Assembly (NCBI GenBank): GCA_951406725.2
Contig: OX597820.1
Span: 20,894,001-20,958,000, forward strand
DNA: 64,000 nucleotides
Direction: 5' to 3'
Source: Octopus vulgaris
Taxonomy: Eukaryota
The first letter of the stretch is position 1. The number at the start of each line of letters is the position of its first letter. A program made the translations under genes and the position numbers. Of the stretch, positions 52,337 to 64,000 are shown in pieces. The notes beneath the pieces are model-generated. The model saw only the letters and a program-made list of their open reading frames with translations, ran no database searches and had not been told where the DNA came from.

Positions 52337-52568
52337 TTAACCCTTTCGTTACTGTATTTATTTTGAGATGCTCTGTGTTTCTTTCAATTAATTTTAAATA
52401 TAACAAAGAATTTAGTAAAAATTTCTTCGCTATCATTAAGCTAGTGTTAAGAACATAAATTGTGACTAAGGTTTGGTGGAAGATTTGAATTCAAAAATTT
52501 ATGTAAACAAGACATTTAAACTAAAGAGCCAGAGTCGGTCTCAGCTGGGTTGGTAACGAAAGGGTTAA
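52337..52568 (-). mobile_element. piggyBac-type MITE monomer inserted in the TTAA of a SINE tail
   Basis: ggatg-TTAA-ccctttcgttac...gtaacgaaaggg-TTAA-acgatgatg. Confidence 0.8.
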
Positions 52569-52670
52569 ACGATGATGATGATGATGATGGTGGTGATGAT
52601 GATGATAATAACACAGAATCAATACAAGAGAATGGCTGTTTTTGAAAACTAAAAAAATAAAATATTTTAC

Positions 52671-53100
52671 CTGCATAACAGAGATGAACTCAAAAGATAT
52701 CAAAGTGTTGTGTGAAAGATAATGGTTCCATACCCATTTTAATTTTATTGGTAATTTTTTATATTTGAACAGTTTCAAAGAGACAAAATTAATAGATTCA
52801 CGTCAGAGGAAAATAAAACATCTTGGGTATAACTTGTAGTTTATAGAAAGTAAACACCAAGTAGCAAAAGGCACTTACAAGTCTCTCAGGCTCGATAAAA
52901 GACTGAAGGGAAGTAGTTAGATGGAAATAATAAGCTAGACAATGTACAAACGCAAAACAGCGGTGAGCAGCGAAAGAGGACACACAAATTGTAATGCGAA
53001 CTATTTGACCTTCTAAACAAAGGACAGTGGAATATAAAAAAATAAAGTGGTTTAAATAAACAAGAGAAATGAATGAAATGCATCGACATATATTATTCTA
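52671..53100 (-). promoter_or_regulatory. Candidate internal promoter / alternative first exon ending ATG CAG|GTAAAA
   Basis: About 1 kb of repeat-free sequence with retained CpGs, a CRE-like TGACGTGA (52797-52804) and strong donors at 52878 (GTAAGT) and 52670. Confidence 0.35.
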
Positions 53101-53684
53101 TTAGAAGTGTTGCCAAAATTAGGAAAATAGAACAATAAACAGACTAATTTAATTTAATTTCTTTTTTTTTTTTTTTGAGAGGTAAATACAATTACAATGG
53201 TAGTAAATTAATTTCAATTGTTAGGTCAGTTCAAATACATGTTTGGGATATATCTGACCTGTTGAACTGATCTAGAGTTTATTTCACACCTCTGCTTCGA
53301 GCACCACCCACCCGTATACTTAATTTCAGTATTTTGTTGGTCAGTAAATTTGAAATCACCGAGAAGTGATTTTGTGAATTTAAACTATTGCACCAAGTGA
53401 ATGGAAAGCTAAGATATAACGAATGCTTAGTAATAAGTAAAGAATGTATAAAAGAGAAAAAAAAAAAGACTGCAAAAATGTAGGTCAATTCGTTAGACAG
53501 AAGGTGAAAATTCTGCAAACTCTTGGAATCCTTCTAATTAAAAACTTAACTCAAGGCAATTATTATAAAGTGAAAGTATTTGCATACATTATGTAGTCAC
53601 AAGGAAATTTAATATTCTGCAAGCCAGTCTCTTAGATACTTTGATATAATTAAGGTAATTTAGTAAGAAGTTGGTGGATATTCT

Positions 53685-54072
53685 TTAATCTTTTACTTGT
53701 TTCAGTCATTTGACTGTGGCCATGCTGGAGCACTGCTTTTAGTCGAGCAAATCAACCCCAGTAAGCCTAGTACTTATTCTATAGGTCTCTTTTGTCGAAC
53801 TGCTAAGTGACAAGGATGTAAACACACCAGCATCGGTTGTCAAGCGATGTTGGGGGGACAAACACAGACACACAAAGATATACACACACACATACACATA
53901 CATATATACAACGGACTTCTTTCAGTTTCCGTCTACCAAATCCACTCACAAGGCTTTGGTCAGCCCGAGGCTATAGCAGAAGACACTTGCTCAAGATGCC
54001 ATGTAATGGGACTGAACCCGGAACCATGTGGTTCGTTAGCAAGCTACTTACCACACAGCCACTCCTACGCCT
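53685..54072 (-). mobile_element. SINE family A copy
   Basis: Near full-length match to the family. Confidence 0.85.
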
Positions 54073-55920
54073 ATACAGGAGATTGTATATGTTTCTATTG
54101 TTGCCTTTATCTCATTAATCAACAGTAAAACATCATCATTTTCATCATCATTTAATGTTCAGCTCGTTAACTTTTCCATGCTTGCATGACTCAGATGGAA
54201 TGTACAGAAGTAGGTTTTCTACAGCTGGATGCCCTTCCTGACACCAACCCATACCAGTTTCCAACCAAGGTAATATTTCCCATGGACAATGGTTCCTAAA
54301 GTTGACAGCACTGCCCCACCTCCTAGGTGGGAGGGTGTAAAGATCCAATGGGAGAGGGGACTTGGAGAAAAGTGGGGTGGTAATGGGGTAGCCAGAAGAG
54401 GGTGGTGGATGTAAAAACAACAAAATAATGGTTTAATTAAGTTTTATTTGTGAAATACAGCTGTTTTGAACTTGCTGCAGAAAGTGGACTATGTTTGTGG
54501 TGGTGGTGATGGAGTGGGTGGGAGCACTAGGAATGTGGCTTGGGTACCAAGTGGGTGGCAACCCACAAAAGTTTGGGAACCACTGGTCAAGCATGCATTT
54601 CATGGAAGACTGAAGATGAACAACATTACCTGTATGATTGTGATGCTTGTTTATGACCAGCAAGTAATATTGAGACAAGAGAAAACACATACACACACAC
54701 ATAATTATACATATGACAGGCTTCTTTCAGTTTCCATCAACCTCATCCACTTACAAGACTTGATTCAGCCCAGGCCTAAGGTAGAAGAGATTTGCCCAAG
54801 GCGCGATGCAGTGGAGATGAACCAGGTAGTTGGGAAGTAAAAACTAGGCCTCAAATTTTGGGAGTGGCAGATAATCGATTACATTGACCACCAATGTTCA
54901 ACTTGTATTTATTTCAGTGATTCCGAAAAAGACGATTACTCGCAAAAGTTGACCTTTATGGAATTTGGACTCAGAAAGTAAAGACAAATAATATAATAAT
55001 AAATAATCCTTTCTACTACAGGTACAAGGCCTGCAATTTTGGGTGATGGGGGAGGAGGCTAATTGATAATATTAACCCCGGTGCTTGACTGGTACTTAAT
55101 TTATCAGTTCTGAAAGGATGAAAGTCAAAGCTGACCTCAGTAGAATTTGAACTCAGAACATAAAGACTGAAACAATGCTTAGTAGCATTTGGTCGAGTGT
55201 GCTAACAATTCTGCCATCTTACCACCTTAATAGTAATTATTTCTACCCTTAGTACAAGGGCTTGAAAATATTTGGAGGAAGGGGATTCGTTGATTATATC
55301 AACCCCAGTGTGTAACTGGTACTTATTTCTTCAACCCTGAAAGGATGAAGGGCAAAGCTGACCTCAGAGGAATTTGAACTCAGAACATAGCAGCAGATGA
55401 AATACCACTAAGCATTTCACCTGGAATGCTAACGATTCTTATTTCTTTATTACCCAAAAGGGGCTAAGCATAGAGGGGACAAACAAGGACAGACAAACGG
55501 ATTAAGTCAATTAAATCGACCCAAGTGCGTAACTGGTACTTAATTTATCGACCCAGAAAAGATGAAAGGCAAGGTCGACCTCGGCGGAATTTGATCTCAG
55601 AATGTGACCGCAGATGAAATACTGTTAACCATTTCGCCCAGCATGCTAATGATTCTGCCACCTCACTCCCTTTGGCATGCTAATGATTCTGCTAGCTCGC
55701 CGCCCTCAATGGTTTCAAATTTTGCCACAAGGGCAGCAACTTGTGGGGAGTGAATGTGTTGATTTCATTGGCCCCAGTGTTCAACTGCTACTCAATTCAT
55801 TGACCCTGAAAGGACAAAAGGCAAAGTTGGCCTCGGCGGAATTTGAACTCAGAATGTAGTGATAAGCTAAGCATTTTGTTCAGCACACTAACAATTCTGC
55901 CAGCTTGCCACTTTACTACA

Positions 55921-56405
55921 TTAATCCTTTTGTTACAAACCCGGCTGAAACCGGCTCTGGCTCTTTAGTATAAATGTCTTGTTTTCATAAGTTTTGAATT
56001 AAAATCTTCTACCAAACCTTAGTCACAATTTACGTTCCTAACACTAGCTGAATGATGACTAAGTTATTTTACTAAATTCTTTGTTATATTTAAAATTAAT
56101 TGAAAGAAACACAGAACATCTCAACAGAAATATGATAACAATAAGGTTAAAATATATAATAGAGAAACAATTCTTAACCCTTTTGATACCAACCCAGCTG
56201 AAACTGGCTCTGGCTCTTAGTACAAATGTATTGTTTTCATATAAGTTTTGAATTAAAATCTTCCACCAAATCTTATTCGCAATTTATGTTCCTAACACTA
56301 GCTTAATGATAACTAAGTTATTTTACTAAATTCTTTGTTATGTTTAAAATCAACTGAAAGAAACACAGAGCATCTCAAAATAAATATGGTAATGAAAAGG
56401 GTTAA
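55921..56405 (+). mobile_element. piggyBac-type MITE dimer
   Basis: Same two units and same spacer as 30451-30896. Confidence 0.78.
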
Positions 56406-56808
56406 TAATAATATAAAAATTATGAGCTTAATATGTTTTGTATGTCATGGAACTAGAATTTAAGAAACATAGCATATAGCATTATGACACTGCTGAATGT
56501 AAGACCAAGCCATCAGAAACTAACACTAGATCTACCTGGTGGAAACTGCTAATTGAAAGATTACAAATATCAATATAAGACCAAGGTAGTAAAACATCCA
56601 TAGATTAGCTAATGTTAACACATTTAAAGCAATGAGCGTTAAAAAGGAAATTGAAAAGATCAAATTTGATTTTTACTGCATGCTGCTTTTAAGAAGTTAA
56701 ACCTTAATAAAGTCTTTATTTTTCTCTTCTAAATAAAAAAATATAAAATGTGTGAATGTATGTACCTGTGTGTATATCGGTGTGCGTGTGTATGATAGAG
56801 AGATAGAG

Positions 56809-56857
<49 letters not shown>

Positions 56858-57081
56858 CAGACCTACAGACAGAAAGACAGACAGATAGATAAATATAGAC
56901 ATATTGTTCAGTTTACTCTGTTCCTTATAAACATTTGCTGTGAAAAGAGAGGCGATATTTCAACTGGAAATTTGGGTTGTTTCCCTTGGATTGATAGCTT
57001 CTGCATTACTCTAAGCAGTTTTCTATTAAATGAGCTAGTAATTACATTTTCCAAATGCATTGGAGCTCTAATGCTTCCTTT

Positions 57082-57108
57082 TCATCATCATCGTCATCAT
57101 CATCGTCG

Positions 57109-57142
<34 letters not shown>

Positions 57143-57170
57143 CATCATCATCGTCGTCGTCGTCATCATT
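57082..57170. repeat. (CAT/CGT)n trinucleotide tail of an RTE-tailed SINE
   Basis: Visible repeat adjoining the SINE at 57170-57420. Confidence 0.9.
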
Positions 57171-57693
57171 CAACGTTCGTTGTCCATGCTGGCATGGGTT
57201 GGACGGTTTGACCAGGGTTAGGATTATGGTTAGTTGAGGTGCTGCACCAGACTCCAGTCTGATTTGAGATGATTTTTACAGCTAGATGCCCTTTCTAACG
57301 CCGACCACCTCGAGAGTATAATGGGTGCTTTTATGTGCCATCAGCATGGGTGCCATTTGCCCATTTGCATGACACCAGTATCTGTCACGACTGCGATTTT
57401 ACTTGGTTTTACAGGTCTTCTTCTTAAGCACCATATAATAAATATATATATATATGGAGGCGCAATGGCCTAGTGGTTAGGGCAGCGGACTTGCGGTCGG
57501 AGGATCGCGGTTTCGATTCCCAGACCGGGCGTTATGTGTGTTTATTGAGCGAAAAAAACACCTAAAAGCTCCACGAGGCTCCGGTAGGAGGTGGTGATCC
57601 CTGCTGTACTCTTTCACCACTCTAAAGGCGGTGCTCCAGCATGGCCGCAGTCAAAATGACTGAAACAAGTACAAAAGAAAAGTACAAAAGAAT

Positions 57694-58102
57694 ATAGGCA
57701 GAGGAATAGCTGTGTGGTAAGTAGCTTGCTTACCAACCACATGGTTCCAGGTTCAGTCCCACAGCGTGGCACCTTGTGCAAGTGTCTTCTACTATAGCCT
57801 TGGGCCGACTAAAGCCTTGTGAGTTGATTTGGTAGACGGAAATGGAAAGAAGCCCGCCGTATATATGTATTTATATATATATATATGTGTGTGTGTATAT
57901 GTTTGTGTGTCTGTGTTTGTCCCCCCAACATCGCTTGACAACCGATACTGGTGTGTTTACATCCCCGTAACTTAGCGGTTTGGCAAAAGAGACTGATAGA
58001 ATAAGTACTAGGCTTACAAAAAATAAGTCCTGGGGTCGGTTTGCTCGACTAAAGGCAGTGCTCCAGCATGGCCACAGTCAAATGACTGAAACAAGGAAAA
58101 GA
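57694..58102 (+). mobile_element. Major tRNA-derived SINE (family A), full-length, with internal TA/TG microsatellite
   Basis: A/B-box head, ccttgggcaagtgtcttct core and aagtaaaaga tail. Other copies at about 3053-3457(-), 11098-11260, 15010-15335, 22720-23020, 24440-24960, 27150-27598(-), 29190-29598(-), 34885-35470(-), 47110-47975 (inverted pair), 49025-49412(-), 51152-51490(-), 53685-54072(-), 59887-60580, 61160-61549 and 61811-62188(-). Confidence 0.85.
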
Positions 58103-58754
58103 GATATCAGAAGCTACAGGCCTGAAATATACAGTGTTTGTAGAATTCTGACAGAAGATACAATTCTTCACCTGGTTATTGCTTTTGAGATTGTATTTGG
58201 AATTTGAAAAAAAATTGTATCCTGCCGCCAAATATAGATATGGAAAAGTGTTGCAAACTGGCAGAATTCTTGGCTTGCTGGATGAAGCGCCTAGCAGCAT
58301 TTCATCCTTTTGAGTTCAAATTTCACTGAAGTTGACTTTGCCTCTTATCTTTTTTGGGGTCAATAAAACGAATACCAGTTAATGTAATCAATTTAACCCT
58401 TACCTCAAAATTGCTGGCCTTGTGCCAAAACCTGAAACCTAGATATGGTAAGAGTAATTTTTGCAGCATTGTATTTGGGTGCAATCTGTCAAGAGGCCTT
58501 TGCTTGTGAGTTAGTTGGGGAACCTTACTAGTGCAGGTGCTGTGAAAAAAACACCCACTAAACTCTGTTAAGTGGTTGGCATTAAGAAGGCCAGCTGGCT
58601 GTAGAAAGCTTGCCAAAGTAGACACTGGAGTCCAATGCAGCCCTCTGACTTGTCAGATCCTGTTAAACTCAAGCCAGCATGGAATACAGACGATAAATGA
58701 TAATAGATACACATACGTTAGTGTGTAATATATATATATATATATATATATAAT

Positions 58755-59012
58755 AAGCAACAAGGATATCCAAGGTAGTGTAGTACAATTGTTTCATGCT
58801 ACTTTATTTTATTAAACACTGTAAGTATTACATCAGTTGGCAAATGAAATAAGTATAGGAATGTGCATTGTCCGTTTAATTAAAAAAAAATTCTATATGT
58901 GGCTGAAGATTGCTCAACATTTTAAAACTGATGTAATACTTACAGTGTTTAATAAAATGAAGTAGCATGAAACAATTGTACTACTCTACCTTGGATATAC
59001 TTGTTGCTTATT
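58755..59012. repeat. Inverted-repeat element (about 85-bp arms) next to (TA)n
   Basis: ataagcaacaaggatatccaagg...tacatcagtt pairs with aactgatgta...ccttggatatacttgttgcttat. Confidence 0.65.
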
Positions 59013-60074
59013 TTGATTATAATCACTCCATTTGATTTATATGGATAATACCATACAAAATTCTGGTACCTTTAACTTAAGTACCATATTCATCTGAATC
59101 TATATATATGTAGTGACCATCTAGTCGATTCATAAAGCAAGGAATTATAATAAACAGTCCATGCCGGTGGCACGTAAAAAGCACCATCTGATCGTGGCCG
59201 TTTGCCAGCCTCGTCTGGCACCTGTGCTGGTGGCACGTAAAAAGCACCCACTACACTCATGGACTGGTTGGCGTTAGGAAGGGCATCCAGCTGTAGAAAC
59301 ATTGCCAGATCAGACTGGGCCTGGTGCAGCCTTCTGGCTTCCCAGACCCAGTTGAACCATCCAACCCATGCCAGCATGGAAAGCGGACGTTAAACGATGA
59401 TGATGATGATATATATATTATTAGGTAATAAATCAGTTATAATTGCAGATTGCACCCAATTGCAGATGAGATGAAGTTAGTAAGTAGAATGATTGTTGTT
59501 TAGTTGAGTCGAGGAATTTCAAAAGAAAGTGTAAAAGAATATACAAGTAAGTACATTCTATGTTTGTGTCTGATGAAGTGTGATCAAAGCAATGAGGCTG
59601 AAGAAATTTGTCCTTAATCATTGTTGCATTTTACTGAGGAAAAGATGCGTCCATAGTATGTTCTGAATGAACTTTTGAAAATAATTGTTCCTGAATTTTA
59701 GCCAAGGAACAGTTGATATGAATCAAATTGCTTTGGTTGGTGAAAAGTTTTAAGTACAAATCTGAATGTAGCCATTTTATTTACAAATGGGTGACTGTAA
59801 ACCTTTCAGTAAAATATACCATAATGCACTTGGATTGGAAGTAACAATAATGGTCTCATATCATTTTATCATTTTCACAACAGTCATAGGCACAGGCATG
59901 GCTGTATGGTAAGAAGTTTGCTTCACAACCACATAGTTTCAGGTTCAGTCCCACTGCATGGCACCTTGGGCAATTATTTTTATTTACTATATGCTTGAGT
60001 CTTGAGCTGGCCAAAGCCTTGTGAGAGGATTTGTTAGACACTGAAAAGCCTGTCATATACATGTGTGTGTGTGT

Positions 60075-60205
60075 ATATATATAAAAATTAGAAAAAATAC
60101 CTTTTATCAATTCAAAATGAACAATTAAATTACACCATCTAATTACACCATTTAACTGTTCATTTTGAATTGATAAAAGGTGGTTTTTTTCTAATTTTTA
60201 TATAT
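60075..60205. repeat. Inverted repeat inside a SINE microsatellite
   Basis: aaaattagaaaaaataccttttatcaattcaaaatgaaca is mirrored at about 60158-60200. Confidence 0.6.
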
Positions 60206-61991
60206 ATATTATATTTTGTGAAATTTGATTTAGTATTTCTAAATTGAATTTTTCCTTGTAAGTTAGGAATAATATTCCCTCAAATTATTATTATTATTAT
60301 TAAATATATATATATATATATATATGCATGTGTGTGTCTTTGTGTCTGTTTTTGTCCCCCATCGCTGCTTGACAATTGTGTTGGTATATTTATGTCCCCC
60401 ATAGTTTAGCAAAAGGGATCAACAATATCTTATACTATTGATTCCTTTTGCTAAACTGCTAAGTTACCAGGTTTTCAATAAAATAAGTATTGGAGATGAT
60501 TCATTTGACTAAAAATTCTTCAAGGCAGTGCCCCAGCATGGCCACAACCTAATGACTGAAACAAATACAAAATAAAAGATAGTGGAAGACAAGCTGATAG
60601 TTGTAGACCTCAAGCTCTTAGAGTTGTACTTCGTCAATGTTCAATGTTTTAAAATAAACCGAAACTGTAAAAATGGCTAAGTCTCTGCTAAAGAAAACTT
60701 TTTCTCAGTGTATGTATTTATATTTATAACTTGACTTTATGAGCTTTCTAAACTTGCTGACGAAGCCCAGAGGCACTCCCAAGTACCTTAATCTTATCTA
60801 CCAAATACTTCACTTCACTGGAGGGATAAAAGTACAATGGTGTAATATAGCCTCTTGGCTGAAACAGCTGTAAGATATTAACCTACTTTCTATGCTCTAT
60901 GTTATATATTTTCAGCATTATTTCACATGAGTCAAAGATCTACACTGCATCTTTATCTCTGTCTCTTATTTTTTTTTTACTTGTGGCTGTCATTGGACTG
61001 CAGCCATTCTGGAGCACCACTTGACCAGTTCACTCAAACAAATCAAGCCCAGTACTTTTTTCACTTTTCAAGTATTTATTCTGTCAGCCCTCTTTTAGTC
61101 AAACCACTAAATTACAGAGCTGTAAGCAAATACAGTGATGCACACATAAATATATACTTATAGGAGTGACTGTGTGGTATGTAGCTTGCTTACCAACCAC
61201 ATGATTCTGGGTTCAGTCCCACTGCATGACACCTTGGGCAAGTGTCTTCTACTATAGCCTCGGGCCGACCAAAGCATTGTGAGTGGGTTTGATAGACGGA
61301 AACTGAAAGAAGCCTGTCATATATACGTGTGTGTGTGTGTATGCTTCTGTCTCTGTATTTGTCCCCCCAACATCGCTTGACAACCAATGCTGGTGCGTTT
61401 ATGTCCCTGTAACTTAGTGGTTCGGTAAAAGAGACTGATAGAATAAGTGCTGGACTTACAAAGAATAAGTCCTGGGGTCGATTTGCTTGACTAAAGGCGG
61501 TGCTCCAGCATGACCACAGTCAAATGACTGGAACAAAAGAATAAAAGAATGTGTGTGTGTGATAACATGAATCTATCAGCTGCTACAAAATTCAAACCAA
61601 CACAGAGAGATAGGGTGGCTTTGAAGTCGAAGATTTTAAGCTAACAGAGACAACACTTGAATATCACCCATGGAAACACAACTGGATTTTATTATGCAAA
61701 CAAAATTGCATAATCAAATACCTGTATTTTGGGAGAACTACATTGGGTGGAAACAAATGCAGTGATTAAAAAATAACTGACTCCAATTTCATATATATAT
61801 ATATACATACACTCTTTACTCTTTTATTCGTTTTAGTCATCTGACTGCGGCCATGCTGAGCTCCGCCTTTAGTCGAGCAAATCGACCCCAGGACTTATTC
61901 TTTGTAAGCCTAGTACTTATTCTATCGGGGACGTAAACACACCAGCATCGGTTGTCAAGCAAAGTTGGGGGGGACAAACACAGACACACAA

Positions 61992-62024
<33 letters not shown>

Positions 62025-63415
62025 CGACGGGCTTCTTTCAGTTTCTGTCTACCAAATCCACTCATAAGGCTTTGGTCGGCCCAAGGCTATAGTAGAAGAC
62101 ACTTGCCCAAGGTGCCACGCAATGGGACTGAACCCGGAACCATGCGGTTTATAAGCAAGTTACTTACCACACAGCCACACCTATGCCTATATATATGATT
62201 GGCTTCTTGCAGTGTCCATCTACCAAATCTATTCATACAACATTTTGGTCAGCTCGGGGCTATAGTAGAAGAAGCTACACAGTGGGACTGAACCCAAAAC
62301 CATGTGGTTGTGAAGCAAACTTCTTAACCACACAGTCATATCTGTAGATAAATATATTTCTAATTTTATGTATTTGTGGGTCACTGAACAGTTGATATTT
62401 TTAATTTACTTTTTGTATTACTATTTGTTTAATTTTTGCTGATGTAAGCATTGCCCAAGATAGAAATGGAGAAATGTGTGGGGTTATTTTTATGCTTAAA
62501 ATATATTATTACATACATGTAGTCATGCTTGAGAAGACCTGTTGAGTCAAGTGAAATCATTGTTGTGGCCAATGCCAGTGCTGCCTGACTGGCTCCTATG
62601 CTGTTGGCACATTAAAAGCACCATTTGAGCATGGTTGATACCAGTTTTGCCAGATTGGCTCCTGTGCTGGTAGCACATAAAAAGCATGGTCAAAGCCAGT
62701 GCCGGTGGACTGACTCCCGTGCTGGTAGCACATGAAAAGCACCATCCAAGTGTGGTCAATGCCAGTGGCATGTAAAAAGCAACCATTACACTCTCAGAGT
62801 GGTGGTTGGCATTAGAAAAGGCATCCAGCTGTAGAAACCTTACCAGAACAGATTGGAACCTGGTGCAGCCTCCTGGCTTGCCAGGCCTCAATCGGGCTGT
62901 CCAACCCATGCCAGCATGGAAAGCGGACATTAAATGATGATTATGATGATAATGATGACGTAGGCCATAGGTAAATGTTAGAAAAAAAAACATTCAAAAG
63001 CACTGGAGATGGTACCACATAAAATCACTGGTGCCTTTGCCACGGAAAATGTACAGGTGATGATGCCAAATAAAAAGCACTGGCAACGGTTCCATGAAAA
63101 AAACACTGGTGATGGCGCCACATAAAAAGTATCCAGTACGCTCTGTAAAGTGGTTGGCATTAGGAAGGGAATTCAGCTGTAGAAATCAAGTCAAAACAGA
63201 CCAGAAAACCTGGTGTGGACTCTGGTCTTGCCAGTTCCTGTCAAGCTGTCCAACCCATGCCAGCATGGAAAACAGGTGCTAAATGATGATGATGATGATG
63301 ATGATGATGATAATTTATTATAAATAGAAAGTGTCCACCCCTGGTTAAAATAAAATAAAATAAAATGTAAAAAGTCAATAAAAAACGATAAAATAATTCA
63401 ATTAAGTGAACTTAC

Positions 63416-63574
63416 ACTTTTAAGGCAGTTTCTAATTCTTTTAAATCATCTTGCTTCTTTTTTAAATCCTTGGTAATTTTACTTAGAAAATCTTCAAAGT
63501 TTTCTACTACAACGGGATCATCTTCTCTGCGTAACTGAACCCAAAGTTCCTTGATATGCTTGATAGAGCCGTCA
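63416..63574 (-). CDS. CRACR2A: CRACR2A/EFCAB4B (Rab46)-like protein, internal exon A (159 nt, phase 2/2): DGSIKHIKELWVQLRREDDPVVVENFEDFLSKITKDLKKKQDDLKELETALK(V)
   Basis: Acceptor tcatttttatag and donor GTAAGT. The peptide matches the recalled CRACR2A segment 'LWLQLKKEEPHLLSNFEDFL...ELECALKR'. Frame joins exon B. Confidence 0.88.
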
Positions 63575-63741
63575 CTATAAAAATGATAGAAATCAATGAG
63601 AAGAAATTTAGCTTTATAAATATAGAATACAGTAGAACCTCACAGTACAAGTAATTTGCTGTATGAGCTGAGACTTGTGCAAATTTTTGTCTTAAAGTAT
63701 GATTGGAGATCCATAGTATGAGCACACTAATTATCCCATCT

Positions 63742-63971
63742 TTAACCCTTTAGCATTTAAACGAGCCATATCCGGCCAAAAGTATTCTGTCTGTTTTATT
63801 TTCAAACTAGCCAGATCTGGTCTCTCATACCAACCCTACAATACCATTTAAAAAATTAACAGCTACCTCATCAAAATCTCATAGCTACAAGATAATGCAT
63901 GATTAGTTCAAAACAATGTGGATAAAAATAACATTAATTTTGGCAGAATAATACAAACACTAAAGGGTTAA
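63742..63971 (+). mobile_element. piggyBac-type MITE, second family
   Basis: TTAAccctttagc...cactaaagggTTAA. Confidence 0.75.
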
Positions 63972-64000
63972 GGTAATTCAGTTAATAAAACCAGTTTACA

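Noticed and set aside
56972-57237. Poly-His/Arg or poly-Ser ORFs
   Set aside because: (CAT/CGT)n SINE tail.
60750-60885. Hammerhead-like halves (ctgacga agcc..aggc; agcc-tctt-ggct GAAA cagctg TA)
   Set aside because: The core and the GAAA half are not contiguous, so a complete motif cannot be assembled.

Overview
AT-rich eukaryotic DNA, dense in microsatellites and SINEs. The repeat families look cephalopod, most likely Octopus (recognised from memory, not searched). The whole window lies inside one minus-strand gene, a CRACR2A/EFCAB4B (Rab46)-like EF-hand/coiled-coil large-Rab homolog. Nine GT-AG exons (63416-63574 down to 4185-4285) join into one open frame; the EF-hand and Rab exons are not seen in the window. 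Most supplied ORFs are repeat artefacts. The introns hold tRNA-derived SINEs, RTE LINE fragments, Helitrons, and piggyBac-, hAT- and Tc1/mariner-type MITEs, including two foldbacks. The main unexpected signal is a set of unrelated short inverted or tandem elements, each carrying a minimal type-I hammerhead ribozyme of the Penelope/retrozyme kind. Their cores co-vary at the 3:8 pair (C3:G8, U3:A8, G3:C8). One sits in a 360-nt tandem monomer with a long rod-like fold; another family has a tRNA head. Also found: frame-compatible microexons, a candidate internal first exon, and a tandemly amplified hairpin+pseudoknot module in an RTE-tailed SINE.
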